Source: Acidobacteriota bacterium
Lineage (GTDB): Bacteria > Acidobacteriota > Vicinamibacteria > Vicinamibacterales > 2-12-FULL-66-21
Direction: 5' to 3'
Assembly: GCA_046733875.1 (NCBI GenBank)
Contig: JBKPQB010000006.1
Span: 4,137 to 68,136 of the forward strand
DNA length: 64,000 nucleotides
The translations under genes were made by a program, and so were the position numbers. Numbering within the stretch: position 1 is the stretch's first letter; each line of letters begins with the position of its first letter. The notes under the pieces were generated by a model. It was not told the DNA's origin, did no database searches, and worked only from the letters and a program-made list of their open reading frames with translations. This document shows, in pieces, positions 26,320-34,239 of the stretch.

Positions 26320-26580
26320 TTAGCCTCGCGAGCGTCCCATCGTCCCGACAGCCGCCGCGGCGCATCCGGCGCTGGGATCCGGCTCAGGGCAGCTGACATG
26401 CTGCCTGTGCATCCACGTCTCGATGTCTTCGGGCCTGAATCGCCACTGCCGGCCGATCCGGACGGCCGGCAGGTCGCCGGAGCGAATCAGCCTGTACATT
26501 CGTCGCGGCGTGATCCTTAGCTGAGCTAAGACCTCATCCGTCGTCAGGAGCGCCTCAAAGGTCGGCATTCGCATGGTCAT
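26320..26580 (-). CDS. Stand-alone excisionase-family (MerR-like) helix-turn-helix DNA-binding protein
   Basis: 86 aa. LLTTDEVLAQLRITPRRMYRLIRSGDLPAVRIGRQWRFRPEDIETWM. Closely resembles the N-terminus of the regulator at 26790-27380. Confidence 0.75.
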   Translation of the reverse strand: MTMRMPTFEALLTTDEVLAQLRITPRRMYRLIRSGDLPAVRIGRQWRFRPEDIETWMHRQHVSCPEPDPSAGCAAAAVGTMGRSRG

Positions 26581-26605
26581 ACTTTCCGTCTATAGACTGA
26601 ATTAA

Positions 26606-26642
26606 TGTCATATAAGAGTTTGTTACGAGACTTTATATGACA
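26606..26642. promoter_or_regulatory. Perfect 10-bp inverted repeat TGTCATATAA-N17-TTATATGACA (candidate operator)
   Basis: Lies in a conspicuously AT-rich ~100-bp island, 26-62 nt upstream of the HTH gene start (26580). Confidence 0.5.
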
Positions 26643-26789
26643 ACAAAGACAGCTTAAACGGAACTGCTGAGGCTAGTCAAGACCCTGCACAGTGCAGCCA
26701 GGAAAGGGTGCAGGAGCGCGCAATCCCGCGTAGCGCGCAAGGTCGCCGCCCTCGTACCCGCGCGACTCTCGCTGCGCGATAAAACCTGG

Positions 26790-27380
26790 CTACTCGCCCA
26801 GCGCTTTGGCAGCGACGGCGAGGACGCGCGGGACGCGGAACGGCTTTGTCAGGTAGCCGGAAACCCCGAGATTCACGGCTTCGATGGCGCTGGCCTCTGT
26901 CGAATAGCCGGTGATGATGACGACGGGGAGGTCGGTCTTGAGGCGGCGTGCTTCGCGGATGACGGTGAGCCCGTCGACGCCGGGCATCTTGAGGTCTGTA
27001 ATGAGCAGATCGTAGGGCATCACGCGCAGCCGATCGAGGGCCGTGCGGCCGTCGGGCGCGAGATCGACGTCGTACTCGGCGAGCGCAAGCGTCTTCGACA
27101 GCAGATCGCGAATGCTCGCCTCGTCGTCCACGACGAGGACCCGCGGCCGGCCCGATGGAGCGGCGCCCGCCGTGCGCGGCGCGCTCGAGGTCCCGCCACG
27201 CGCGCCGCGCGGACGCTGCGTCTCGAGCCACGCGTCGATGTCGCGCTTCCGGAATCGCCACTGACGACCGACGCGCACCGCCGGAATCCGCCCGGCCTTG
27301 ATCAGGCGGTAGACGGTCCGCAGGTTGACCTGGAGGTACTCGAGTACCTCTTCGGTCGTCAAAAAGCTTTCATCGATCAT
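26790..27380 (-). CDS. Response regulator with an N-terminal excisionase-type HTH and a C-terminal receiver domain
   Basis: FLTTEEVLEYLQVNLRTVYRLIKAGRIPAVRVGRQWRFRKRDIDAWL, then a Gly/Ala/Pro linker, then receiver VLVVDDEASIRD..LLITDLKMPGVDG..LTKPF. Confidence 0.85.
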   Translation of the reverse strand: MIDESFLTTEEVLEYLQVNLRTVYRLIKAGRIPAVRVGRQWRFRKRDIDAWLETQRPRGARGGTSSAPRTAGAAPSGRPRVLVVDDEASIRDLLSKTLALAEYDVDLAPDGRTALDRLRVMPYDLLITDLKMPGVDGLTVIREARRLKTDLPVVIITGYSTEASAIEAVNLGVSGYLTKPFRVPRVLAVAAKALGE

Positions 27381-27398
27381 GAACGGGATGACCGTGTG

Positions 27399-29348
27399 TC
27401 ACTTTACCACCACTTCCGCGCCCGGAAGGTCGATGCGGATGGACGCGCCGCCTGCCGGATCGTTCGCCGCCGAAATGGTGCCGCCGTGTTCCTGCACGAT
27501 CCCGTAGGTGATCGCGAGGCCGAGGCCGGTTCCCTGGCCGACGTCTTTCGTGGTGAAGAAGGGATCGAAGATTCGCGGAAGCACGTCAGGCGGAATGCCG
27601 GGCCCGCTGTCGCGGATGGTGACGCTCACGCGAGGAATCGACGTATCGGCCGCGGTTTCGATCGTGATCCGGCGCTGGCCTTCCGGGACGGACGCGAGCG
27701 CGTGTTCGGCGTTGATGAGGATGTTCAGGAACGCCTGCTGAAGCAGGAACGAATCTCCTTGAATCACGGCTCGCTCGTCCTGTGTGCGCACGACCTCGAT
27801 GCCCAGCCGTTTTTGCGGCAGGCGGCGGCTCGCTAGCGCGCGCGTGACGAGGCGATCCGCTTGGACGCGCCGCCGCTTCATGCGGTGCGACCCCGTGAAC
27901 GCGAGCAGGTTGCTCACGATCTTGGCCGCCCGATCCGCGTCCTGATAGATCTGCCGGAGCTGCCGTCGAAGCGGGCGCGCCTGCTCCGAGGTCCCGATCA
28001 GGAGCTCCAGATGTCCGAGCACCCCCTGCAGCGGATTGTTCATCTCGTGCGCGATGCCGGCGACGAACTGGCCGAGCGACGCGAGCTTCTCGGATTGGGC
28101 GAGCCTTCCCCGGAGCGCTTCGCGCTCGCGCTCGAGACGCGTCTGCCGCGTAATGTCGCGCGCGACGAGCACCCGGCCGAGCGTCCGCGCGTCGGCGCTG
28201 ACAAGCGGCGTCGCGGTCACCAGGAACACGCCTCCGAGCCGGGCATCCTCGATCTGCGTGGCCGCCTGCGCGGCTGCACCCTGGACGCCCGCGGTCGCTG
28301 CCCGCGCCGCGATCTCCGGCCCGACAAGATCCTGAAGCGGCCGTCCGACGAGCTCCTGGCGCTCGATGCCGACACGCGCCGCGAAGGTTTCGTTCGTCTG
28401 CGCGATCCTGAGATCGCGATCGGTCACGACGACGAGATCGACGAGCGAGTTGAAGGTGTCTTCGAGCAGCCGGCGCTGCCGCAGAATCTCGTCGATCAAC
28501 TGCACGTTCTCGATCGCTGCGGAGAGCTGACGCGCGAGCTCGCGCGCGAAATCCGTCAGCTCACCTGCATCGAGGCCGCTCTCACCGATGTCGTGGACGA
28601 CGAGCGCACCAAGCGCGCGCCTCCAGCCCCGAAGCGGCGCGATCAACTCGCGGCCGTTCAATACAGGCGCATCGAGCCGCAAACCCACCGCCCCCGGATG
28701 GTCCGGAGCGTCGTTGGCGACACGCGTGCCGCGGCCCGATGGTCCGTCGGACGATGCGGTGAGCTCGAGCTCGCGGGCCCGCCGATCGTGCAGCCAGAAC
28801 ACCACCTCCGCCGCGCCGAAGATCCCGGCGATCTCGCGCGCGACGGCGTCGAGCGCCGAGGCGAAGCTGAGCGCCGACGACACGCTGCGGGAGAACACCA
28901 GGACCACCTCGCGAACCCGCTGGTGCGACTGGATTTCCCGATCCGCACGTGTGAGCTCGAGCCATGCGGCGATCAGCGAGATCAGCTCGGCCGAAATCAT
29001 TCCGTCGTTCGAGACGGGTGTGACGAGCGCCGTGCGTGTGGTCGCGGGCTGGATGGGCGTCATTAGCACTTCCGCCGCGCCGAAGGCTGCCGTGAGCGAT
29101 GGGGTGGTCTCACCGGTGGAGATGCGAGCGCATCCGCCGGCGAGAAGAGCGTCAATCGAGGACGATTCTGCTGGATCGAGAGCGGGCGCGCCCGTGTGCA
29201 CACCTTCGAACCAGCCGGTCCGATAGCCTCCGGCGGCTGTTCGGACGAGAATCAGCCACGGGCGCCCCTTGGCTGCGGCCGAGAGCCGCTGACGAACCTG
29301 GGCCAGGAAATCCATGGACCGGAACTCCGGGGGAGCGGCCTCGGACAT
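27399..29348 (-). CDS. Cytoplasmic sensor histidine kinase with GAF- and PAS-like sensory region (start either 29348 or 29396)
   Basis: H-box [19 protein letters not shown] box [12 protein letters not shown] boxes DSGPGIPPD and [13 protein letters not shown]. About 400 aa of non-membrane sensory region upstream. Confidence 0.85.
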   Translation of the reverse strand: MSEAAPPEFRSMDFLAQVRQRLSAAAKGRPWLILVRTAAGGYRTGWFEGVHTGAPALDPAESSSIDALLAGGCARISTGETTPSLTAAFGAAEVLMTPIQPATTRTALVTPVSNDGMISAELISLIAAWLELTRADREIQSHQRVREVVLVFSRSVSSALSFASALDAVAREIAGIFGAAEVVFWLHDRRARELELTASSDGPSGRGTRVANDAPDHPGAVGLRLDAPVLNGRELIAPLRGWRRALGALVVHDIGESGLDAGELTDFARELARQLSAAIENVQLIDEILRQRRLLEDTFNSLVDLVVVTDRDLRIAQTNETFAARVGIERQELVGRPLQDLVGPEIAARAATAGVQGAAAQAATQIEDARLGGVFLVTATPLVSADARTLGRVLVARDITRQTRLEREREALRGRLAQSEKLASLGQFVAGIAHEMNNPLQGVLGHLELLIGTSEQARPLRRQLRQIYQDADRAAKIVSNLLAFTGSHRMKRRRVQADRLVTRALASRRLPQKRLGIEVVRTQDERAVIQGDSFLLQQAFLNILINAEHALASVPEGQRRITIETAADTSIPRVSVTIRDSGPGIPPDVLPRIFDPFFTTKDVGQGTGLGLAITYGIVQEHGGTISAANDPAGGASIRIDLPGAEVVVK

Positions 29349-29546
29349 GCGGGGTGCGCCCCATTCTAAACCGCGACCGCGGACTACCGCGGACAATGCG
29401 GACGGGCTGCGGCCCGACTAGTCCCAGAGCCTGGTCGTCTAAGCTAGTAAGCGGGTCAGGGCACAAGGCCCCGGTGATGTAAAAGAACGATTGAGGCGAA
29501 CGGAGCGGAGCGAAGGCTGAAGCGCGAATGCAGTGAGCAAGTCGGT

Positions 29547-29596
29547 GCAGGGGTCCCCGACGATTTCAGAGCTAGTCGCAGGGGTCCCCGACGATT
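29547..29596 (+). repeat. 19-bp perfect direct repeat x2 (GCAGGGGTCCCCGACGATT), 31-bp period, upstream of the ECF sigma gene
   Basis: Copies at 29547-29565 and 29578-29596. Each contains the palindrome GGGGTCCCC. The second copy ends 26 nt before the ATG at 29623. Confidence 0.6.
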
Positions 29597-29622
29597 CAAG
29601 GGATAGAGCGACAATCTAATTA

Positions 29623-30255
29623 ATGTCCTCGATCGGGATGCCCTCGTCGGACGAGGAGCTGGTCGCCCGCGCCATGGGGGGCGACATGGACAGCTTCAAC
29701 CAGCTCGTGCTGCGCTGGGAACGGCCGATTTATGCCCTGGCGTACCGCGTGATCGGGAAGGAAGAGGACGCGCGCGACGTCTGTCAGGAGGCGTTCCTCC
29801 GCGCGTACCGCGCCCTCCCCGGCTTCAAGGGGCAGGCGAAGTTTTCCTCATGGCTCTACCGCATTGCCCTCAACCTCTGCCGCGACTGGATTCGCCGGGA
29901 GCGGCGCGCGCCGGTCGCCCAGGCACCGGAGGGGGTCGACTTGATCGAGCTGGCGTCGGAATCGACCCCGAGGGAATCGATCGAGGATCTCGTGGCGCGG
30001 CGTGAGATCGGTCGCGCCGTGGCGCGAGCGATGGCGGACCTGCCGCACGAGCAGCGCACCGCCATCATTTTGAAGGAGTATCACGGTCTGACGTTTCAGG
30101 AGATTGCCGACCTGCTCGATTGCCCCTTGAGCACGGTGAAGACGCGCCTGTATCAGGGCCTCACGGTACTGCGGCGTCAACTGGCGCGTCCGGGGATTCC
30201 AAACGGAACTGCCGTGGCGACGCGGGGCATGGAGGAGCAGGCGGACAGGACATGA
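29623..30255 (+). CDS. ECF-type RNA polymerase sigma factor (RpoE-like)
   Basis: Region 2: EDARDVCQEAFLRAYRALPGFKGQAKFSSWLYRIALNLCRDWIRR. Region 4: LTFQEIADLLDCPLSTVKTRLYQG. Confidence 0.9.
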   Translation: MSSIGMPSSDEELVARAMGGDMDSFNQLVLRWERPIYALAYRVIGKEEDARDVCQEAFLRAYRALPGFKGQAKFSSWLYRIALNLCRDWIRRERRAPVAQAPEGVDLIELASESTPRESIEDLVARREIGRAVARAMADLPHEQRTAIILKEYHGLTFQEIADLLDCPLSTVKTRLYQGLTVLRRQLARPGIPNGTAVATRGMEEQADRT

Positions 30256-31022
30256 GAATCATGTGTGACAAGGACTTGCTGGTCGGGTACGTCTACGACG
30301 ACATCAGCGACATGGATCGCGCGCGATTCGAACGCCATCTTCGCGAGTGCGCGGCATGCCGCGGGGAGGTCTCCGCGATGCGCGGCGTCCGCGACGATCT
30401 TGCGACGTGGGTGCCTCCGCAACCGGATCTCGGGTTTCAGATAACCCAGGTGCGCCGGCCGTCGCTCCGCACCTGGTGGACGCCCGCGCTCGGCCTCGCG
30501 GCCGCCGCGGTCATCGTGCTTGCCGCCGCGCTCGCGGTCGCGAACGTCGAAGTCTCCTACGGTGCGAACGGATTATCGGTGCGCACAGGTTGGGCACGCG
30601 GCGGCTCGGATACGGGTGCGCGGCTGGGTGTGGGTGAGCGTGAGGGTGTGGGCGTGCGGGGAGATGCGGTGCTGCCCGCGGCGCAGATCACTCCCGCCGT
30701 GCTGACCGCGATGGATCGGCGTCTCACGGTGCTCGAAACCGCGATTCGGTCTGCGGCGCTTTCATCATCGCAGCGCGCGTCGGACACCGACATTCTGCGT
30801 CGAGTCCGCGATCTGCTCGCGCAGAGCGAGTCGCGGCAGCAACAGGAGCTCGCGCTGCGCATCGCGCAGGTGATCCGCGACGTTGACGCGCAGCGCCTGG
30901 CGGATCTCTCGCGCATCCAGCAGGGGCTGGGCCGCATCGATGCGATGACGACGGCGGAGGCCGCCGCGCATCGGGATCTGGCAAATTACATTCTGACGTC
31001 TTCCCGAGCGCAGCAGAAATGA
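30252..31022 (+). CDS. Anti-sigma factor (zf-HC2 type, single TM)
   Basis: ATGA overlap with the sigma gene. HLRECAACRGEV fits HxxxCxxC. TM segment WWTPALGLAAAAVIVLAAALAV. Confidence 0.75.
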   Translation: MRIMCDKDLLVGYVYDDISDMDRARFERHLRECAACRGEVSAMRGVRDDLATWVPPQPDLGFQITQVRRPSLRTWWTPALGLAAAAVIVLAAALAVANVEVSYGANGLSVRTGWARGGSDTGARLGVGEREGVGVRGDAVLPAAQITPAVLTAMDRRLTVLETAIRSAALSSSQRASDTDILRRVRDLLAQSESRQQQELALRIAQVIRDVDAQRLADLSRIQQGLGRIDAMTTAEAAAHRDLANYILTSSRAQQK

Positions 31023-31040
31023 CGGGAACCAAGCGCATGG

Positions 31041-31123
31041 CAACTCCCAACTCCGGAACTCCCAACGCCCAAGTCCCAACTCCCTCGATTCAATGTTGGC
31101 ACGTGGAAGTTGGGAATTGGGTG
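31041..31123. repeat. Inverted heptamer arrays, locus B
   Basis: caactcc caactcc ggaactc ccaacgc ccaagtc ccaactc (31041-31084) faces ggaagtt gggaatt gggtg (31105-31123). Lies downstream of the anti-sigma stop. Confidence 0.75.
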
Positions 31124-31161
31124 CTGACAGCATCGCGTCCTCTTCTTCGAGAGGTGCAACC

Positions 31162-31968
31162 GTGAAGGCCACGTGGATTCTCGCGGCATCGTTGATCGGT
31201 ATCGGCGCGCCGGCATTCGCGCAGGCACCGGTCCCACCGAACTCGCGCGACGACATCAAGATGATGGAAGGCGTGCTGACGAACGCGGTCCGGAACGGCG
31301 CGGAAACGCTCGCGCGCCAGATGCAGTTCAACGAGCCGGGCAGCATCGTCGTCACCGGCACGGCGCGCGCGCGGGGATACGTGCTCGACGGCTACGGCTT
31401 CTTCTTCGTCGTCGACGTACCGATGATGAAGCAGAGCGTGGTGTGGTCGCGGCAGGTGCTGCTGCGCGAGCAGGAGCGCGAGTTCCTGCGGCAGATCGTG
31501 GCGAACAATCCGGACGCGTCGGTCCGGCGCGATGCTGAAACCCGCCTCCGGACGCTCGAGCGGCGCGACGCTCCTGCAGCACCCGGCGTGTCCCCCGTCG
31601 CGCAGCCTGCGCCTGGTATGGCCGCCGCGCAGACCGTTCCCGATGCAACGACGACACCGCAGCCTGCGGCGTCAGCGGCCGCGCTGCAGCCGCTCGTGGA
31701 TAACGGCGATCCGAATGCGCGGTATACCGAGGCTGTGAAGAATGCGCTCATCGACGCGATGCTGAAGTACAGCGCGGCGCTGAAGGTTGGAGCAGAGGAG
31801 TGGCTGACGGTCGCGGCGCAGGACAGCGAAGGCCCTCTGACACCCGGGGAGGTGTACGACGCGTCGACACTCGTCGTGCGCGTGAAGGGCAGCGATCTCG
31901 CGGCGTTCCAGGAGAACCGGATCACGCGCGACGAAGTGCTGAAGAAGGTCGAGGTCCGCGAGTTCTGA
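31162..31968 (+). CDS. Hypothetical secreted protein (start moved to GTG, VKATWILAASLIGIGAPAFAQ)
   Basis: GAGG lies 7 nt upstream of the GTG. Signal peptide present. The ORF-track N-terminus (GSWELG) is just translated heptamer repeat. Confidence 0.55.
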   Translation: MKATWILAASLIGIGAPAFAQAPVPPNSRDDIKMMEGVLTNAVRNGAETLARQMQFNEPGSIVVTGTARARGYVLDGYGFFFVVDVPMMKQSVVWSRQVLLREQEREFLRQIVANNPDASVRRDAETRLRTLERRDAPAAPGVSPVAQPAPGMAAAQTVPDATTTPQPAASAAALQPLVDNGDPNARYTEAVKNALIDAMLKYSAALKVGAEEWLTVAAQDSEGPLTPGEVYDASTLVVRVKGSDLAAFQENRITRDEVLKKVEVREF

Positions 31969-31993
31969 CGGTTCGTACGATATAGAATCACTC

Positions 31994-32494
31994 ATGCCGA
32001 GTGCCGTCGCGCGAGCCGGCGCCCTGACGCTGGCTGTTGTCCTCGCGGGGTGCGGGAAACCAGTCGACGTCAAGCAGGTGCTTCAGGTCACCGACATCAG
32101 CACCGGCTATCACGACGCGGGCGTGGTGGAGGGCCGGAACAAGCTCGTCCCCAGCGTCACCTTCAAGTTGCGGAAATCTACGAACGACAGCGTGCGTCCC
32201 CTGTCGCTGAACGTCGTGTTCAAGCGCCTGCCGCTGGCCGCCTCCGGCGCCGGCGGCGAGGAAGACTGGGAAGAGGTGTTCCTTCAGAACGTCACATTCC
32301 AGGCCAATGAAACGGCTCCGCTGACCGTCCGTCCCACCCACGGCTACACGGGCGATCCGCCGCAGTCGCGCGCGGAGATGCTGGCGAACAGCCAGTTCCG
32401 CGACATGCGCGTCCATCTCTTCGCGAAGCACGGCTCCGGGCAGTGGGCGGAGATCGCGAGCTTCGACGTGGCCCGACAGTTGCTGCCGCAGTAG
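31994..32494 (+). CDS. Hypothetical lipoprotein
   Basis: MPSAVARAGALTLAVVLAGCGKP signal peptide with lipobox. No recognised domain. Confidence 0.6.
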   Translation: MPSAVARAGALTLAVVLAGCGKPVDVKQVLQVTDISTGYHDAGVVEGRNKLVPSVTFKLRKSTNDSVRPLSLNVVFKRLPLAASGAGGEEDWEEVFLQNVTFQANETAPLTVRPTHGYTGDPPQSRAEMLANSQFRDMRVHLFAKHGSGQWAEIASFDVARQLLPQ

Positions 32495-32510
32495 CGCGGA
32501 CGGCAGTCTC

Positions 32511-33899
32511 TTGCGAACCTCCTCAGCGGCCGCCAGGATCGTGACGCCGGTCCCTGCCCTCGAACGCAGGCTCGGACCGTTCGATGCCGCCGCGATCGTC
32601 ATCTCGAACGTCATCGGGGGCGGCATCTTCTTCGTCCCCGTCGTCGTGGCCGGGCTGCTCCCGCAGCCATCGATCATGCTTGGCGTGTGGCTCGCCGGCG
32701 GGGCCCTGGCGTTTGCGGGCGCGATGGCGTACGCGGAGCTGGCGGCGGTGCGGCCGCATGCGGGCGGCGAGTACGTGTACCTGCGCGACGCCTTCGGACC
32801 GCTGGCCGCCTTCCTGACGGGCTGGACCTCCTTCGTCGCGGGCTTCTCGGGCGCGATCGCCGCCAGCGCCGTTGCCCTCGCGGACTACGTCGGACGCTTC
32901 TTCCCGGGCGCGGCGGACACGCGTCCCGTGCTGTCCATTCCGGCACTGTCGATCGCGGTATCTCCCCGATCCGTCATTGCGCTCGTGGTCATCGCGGTGC
33001 TCACGCTGATTCACGTCCGCGGGCTCGGTCCGGGCCGCGTCGTGCAGAACCTGCTCGCGGGCATCAAGGTGAGCGCCATCGTGCTGTTCGTCGCGATTGG
33101 ATTCGCCGCCGGGAACGGCGAGGCGTCGCATTTCGTCGCCGTCGAGCGCGCCGGACCCGTATCGTTCCTGCTCGCGCTCGTGCCGGTGATGTTCAGCTAT
33201 TCGGGATGGAACGCGGCGGCGTACGTCGCCGAGGAGGTCCGTGATCCCGGACGCAATGTTCCACTCGCCCTTGGCATCGGGACCGCCGTTGTCGTGGTCC
33301 TGTATGTGCTGCTCAACGCGCTGTACGTGTTCGCGCTGCCGATGAGCGATCTCGCTGCGCTGCCGGGCGGGCGGCTGATGGACACGGTCGCCGAGCATCT
33401 CTTCGGATTTGCCGCCGGGAATCTGCTCGCCGTGTTCACGATCATCAGCATCGCGGCGAGCGTCAGCGCGATGGTGATGGCCGGGCCGCGCGTGTATTAC
33501 GCGATGGCGCGCGACGGTCTGTTCGTGCGCGCCGCGTCGCGCGTGCATCCCCGGTTCCGCACGCCTGCGATCGCGATCGTCGCCCAGGGGATCTGGAGCA
33601 GCGTGCTCGTGCTCTCGGGGACGCTGTCGCAGCTCGTGAGCTATACCGGCTTTGCCGTCGTGCTCTTCTCCGGGATTGCGGTTGTCGCGCTGTTCGTTCT
33701 GCGCCGGCGCGATCGGTACGTGCACCGGCCCTTCTCCGCGCTCGGTTATCCATGGGCGCCGGCGATCTTCGTGGCGGCAACAGCCGTGATGGTGGCGAAC
33801 GAAATCTGGCGCAACGGCGCGACGATTGCCGCGGGCCTGGCGATTATCGCGGCTGGCGTCCCGGTGTACTACGTGATGCGGCGAGCGCCGCGAGCGTGA
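32511..33899 (+). CDS. APC-family amino acid permease
   Basis: 462 aa, about 12 hydrophobic segments. N-terminal LGPFDAAAIVISNVIGGGIFF and FSYSGWNAAAYVAEE blocks are typical of APC transporters. TTG start in the ORF track. Confidence 0.88.
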   Translation: MRTSSAAARIVTPVPALERRLGPFDAAAIVISNVIGGGIFFVPVVVAGLLPQPSIMLGVWLAGGALAFAGAMAYAELAAVRPHAGGEYVYLRDAFGPLAAFLTGWTSFVAGFSGAIAASAVALADYVGRFFPGAADTRPVLSIPALSIAVSPRSVIALVVIAVLTLIHVRGLGPGRVVQNLLAGIKVSAIVLFVAIGFAAGNGEASHFVAVERAGPVSFLLALVPVMFSYSGWNAAAYVAEEVRDPGRNVPLALGIGTAVVVVLYVLLNALYVFALPMSDLAALPGGRLMDTVAEHLFGFAAGNLLAVFTIISIAASVSAMVMAGPRVYYAMARDGLFVRAASRVHPRFRTPAIAIVAQGIWSSVLVLSGTLSQLVSYTGFAVVLFSGIAVVALFVLRRRDRYVHRPFSALGYPWAPAIFVAATAVMVANEIWRNGATIAAGLAIIAAGVPVYYVMRRAPRA

Positions 33900-34233
33900 G
33901 GATCGCGAGCGTTCCGTCGCTCGCGGCGAAGAGCAGGAACGATCGGGGCGAGTGACGGAACGCGTAGTCGACCAGAAAGGCCGCCGCGCCGGCTCCCTTC
34001 AACCCCGGACCCATCACCCACAAGTACCAGCGCGCACCTGCGGGGTCGCGCCACGGCCACCAGTAGCCAATCCCGATCGTCAGGAGAAAGATTCCGTTCA
34101 GGTCCGAGAAGATGCGCGGGTGGGCGGGATCGACGCCGAAGAGCGCCGCGAAGGCGTCGGCAGCGAAGAGGAGTGCGAGACCGATCGCGGCGTCGTAGAC
34201 GCCCGAGACCGCCGCGATCGTCCTGACGAACAA
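33844..34233 (-). CDS. Hypothetical small membrane protein
   Basis: 129 aa with about 4 hydrophobic segments. Its 3' end overlaps the permease 3' end by 56 nt (convergent). Confidence 0.4.
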   Translation of the reverse strand: MFVRTIAAVSGVYDAAIGLALLFAADAFAALFGVDPAHPRIFSDLNGIFLLTIGIGYWWPWRDPAGARWYLWVMGPGLKGAGAAAFLVDYAFRHSPRSFLLFAASDGTLAILTLAALAASRSTPGRQPR

Positions 34234-34239
34234 AAGGCC

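Noticed and set aside
25679-26323. Five mutually overlapping ORFs of 88-161 aa on both strands between the ABC-F gene and the HTH gene.
   Set aside because: Only the 25881-26285 minus frame shows coding-like third-position bias and a signal-peptide-like segment, and even that is kept at low confidence. The others are rejected as GC-driven open frames.
18733-27380. Possible prophage or integrative element, suggested by a tyrosine recombinase plus two excisionase-family HTH proteins.
   Set aside because: The recombinase sits in the conserved trmFO-xerC housekeeping context and has XerC/D motifs. The HTH proteins are a response regulator and its paralog. I saw no phage structural, replication or transposase genes, tRNA target or att-like flanking repeats.
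31981-31996. TATAGAAT immediately upstream of the lipoprotein ATG (31994), considered as a -10 box for a leaderless transcript.
   Set aside because: No acceptable -35 or TG extension, and the gene is only 25 nt downstream of the preceding same-strand gene. Simple co-transcription is more parsimonious.
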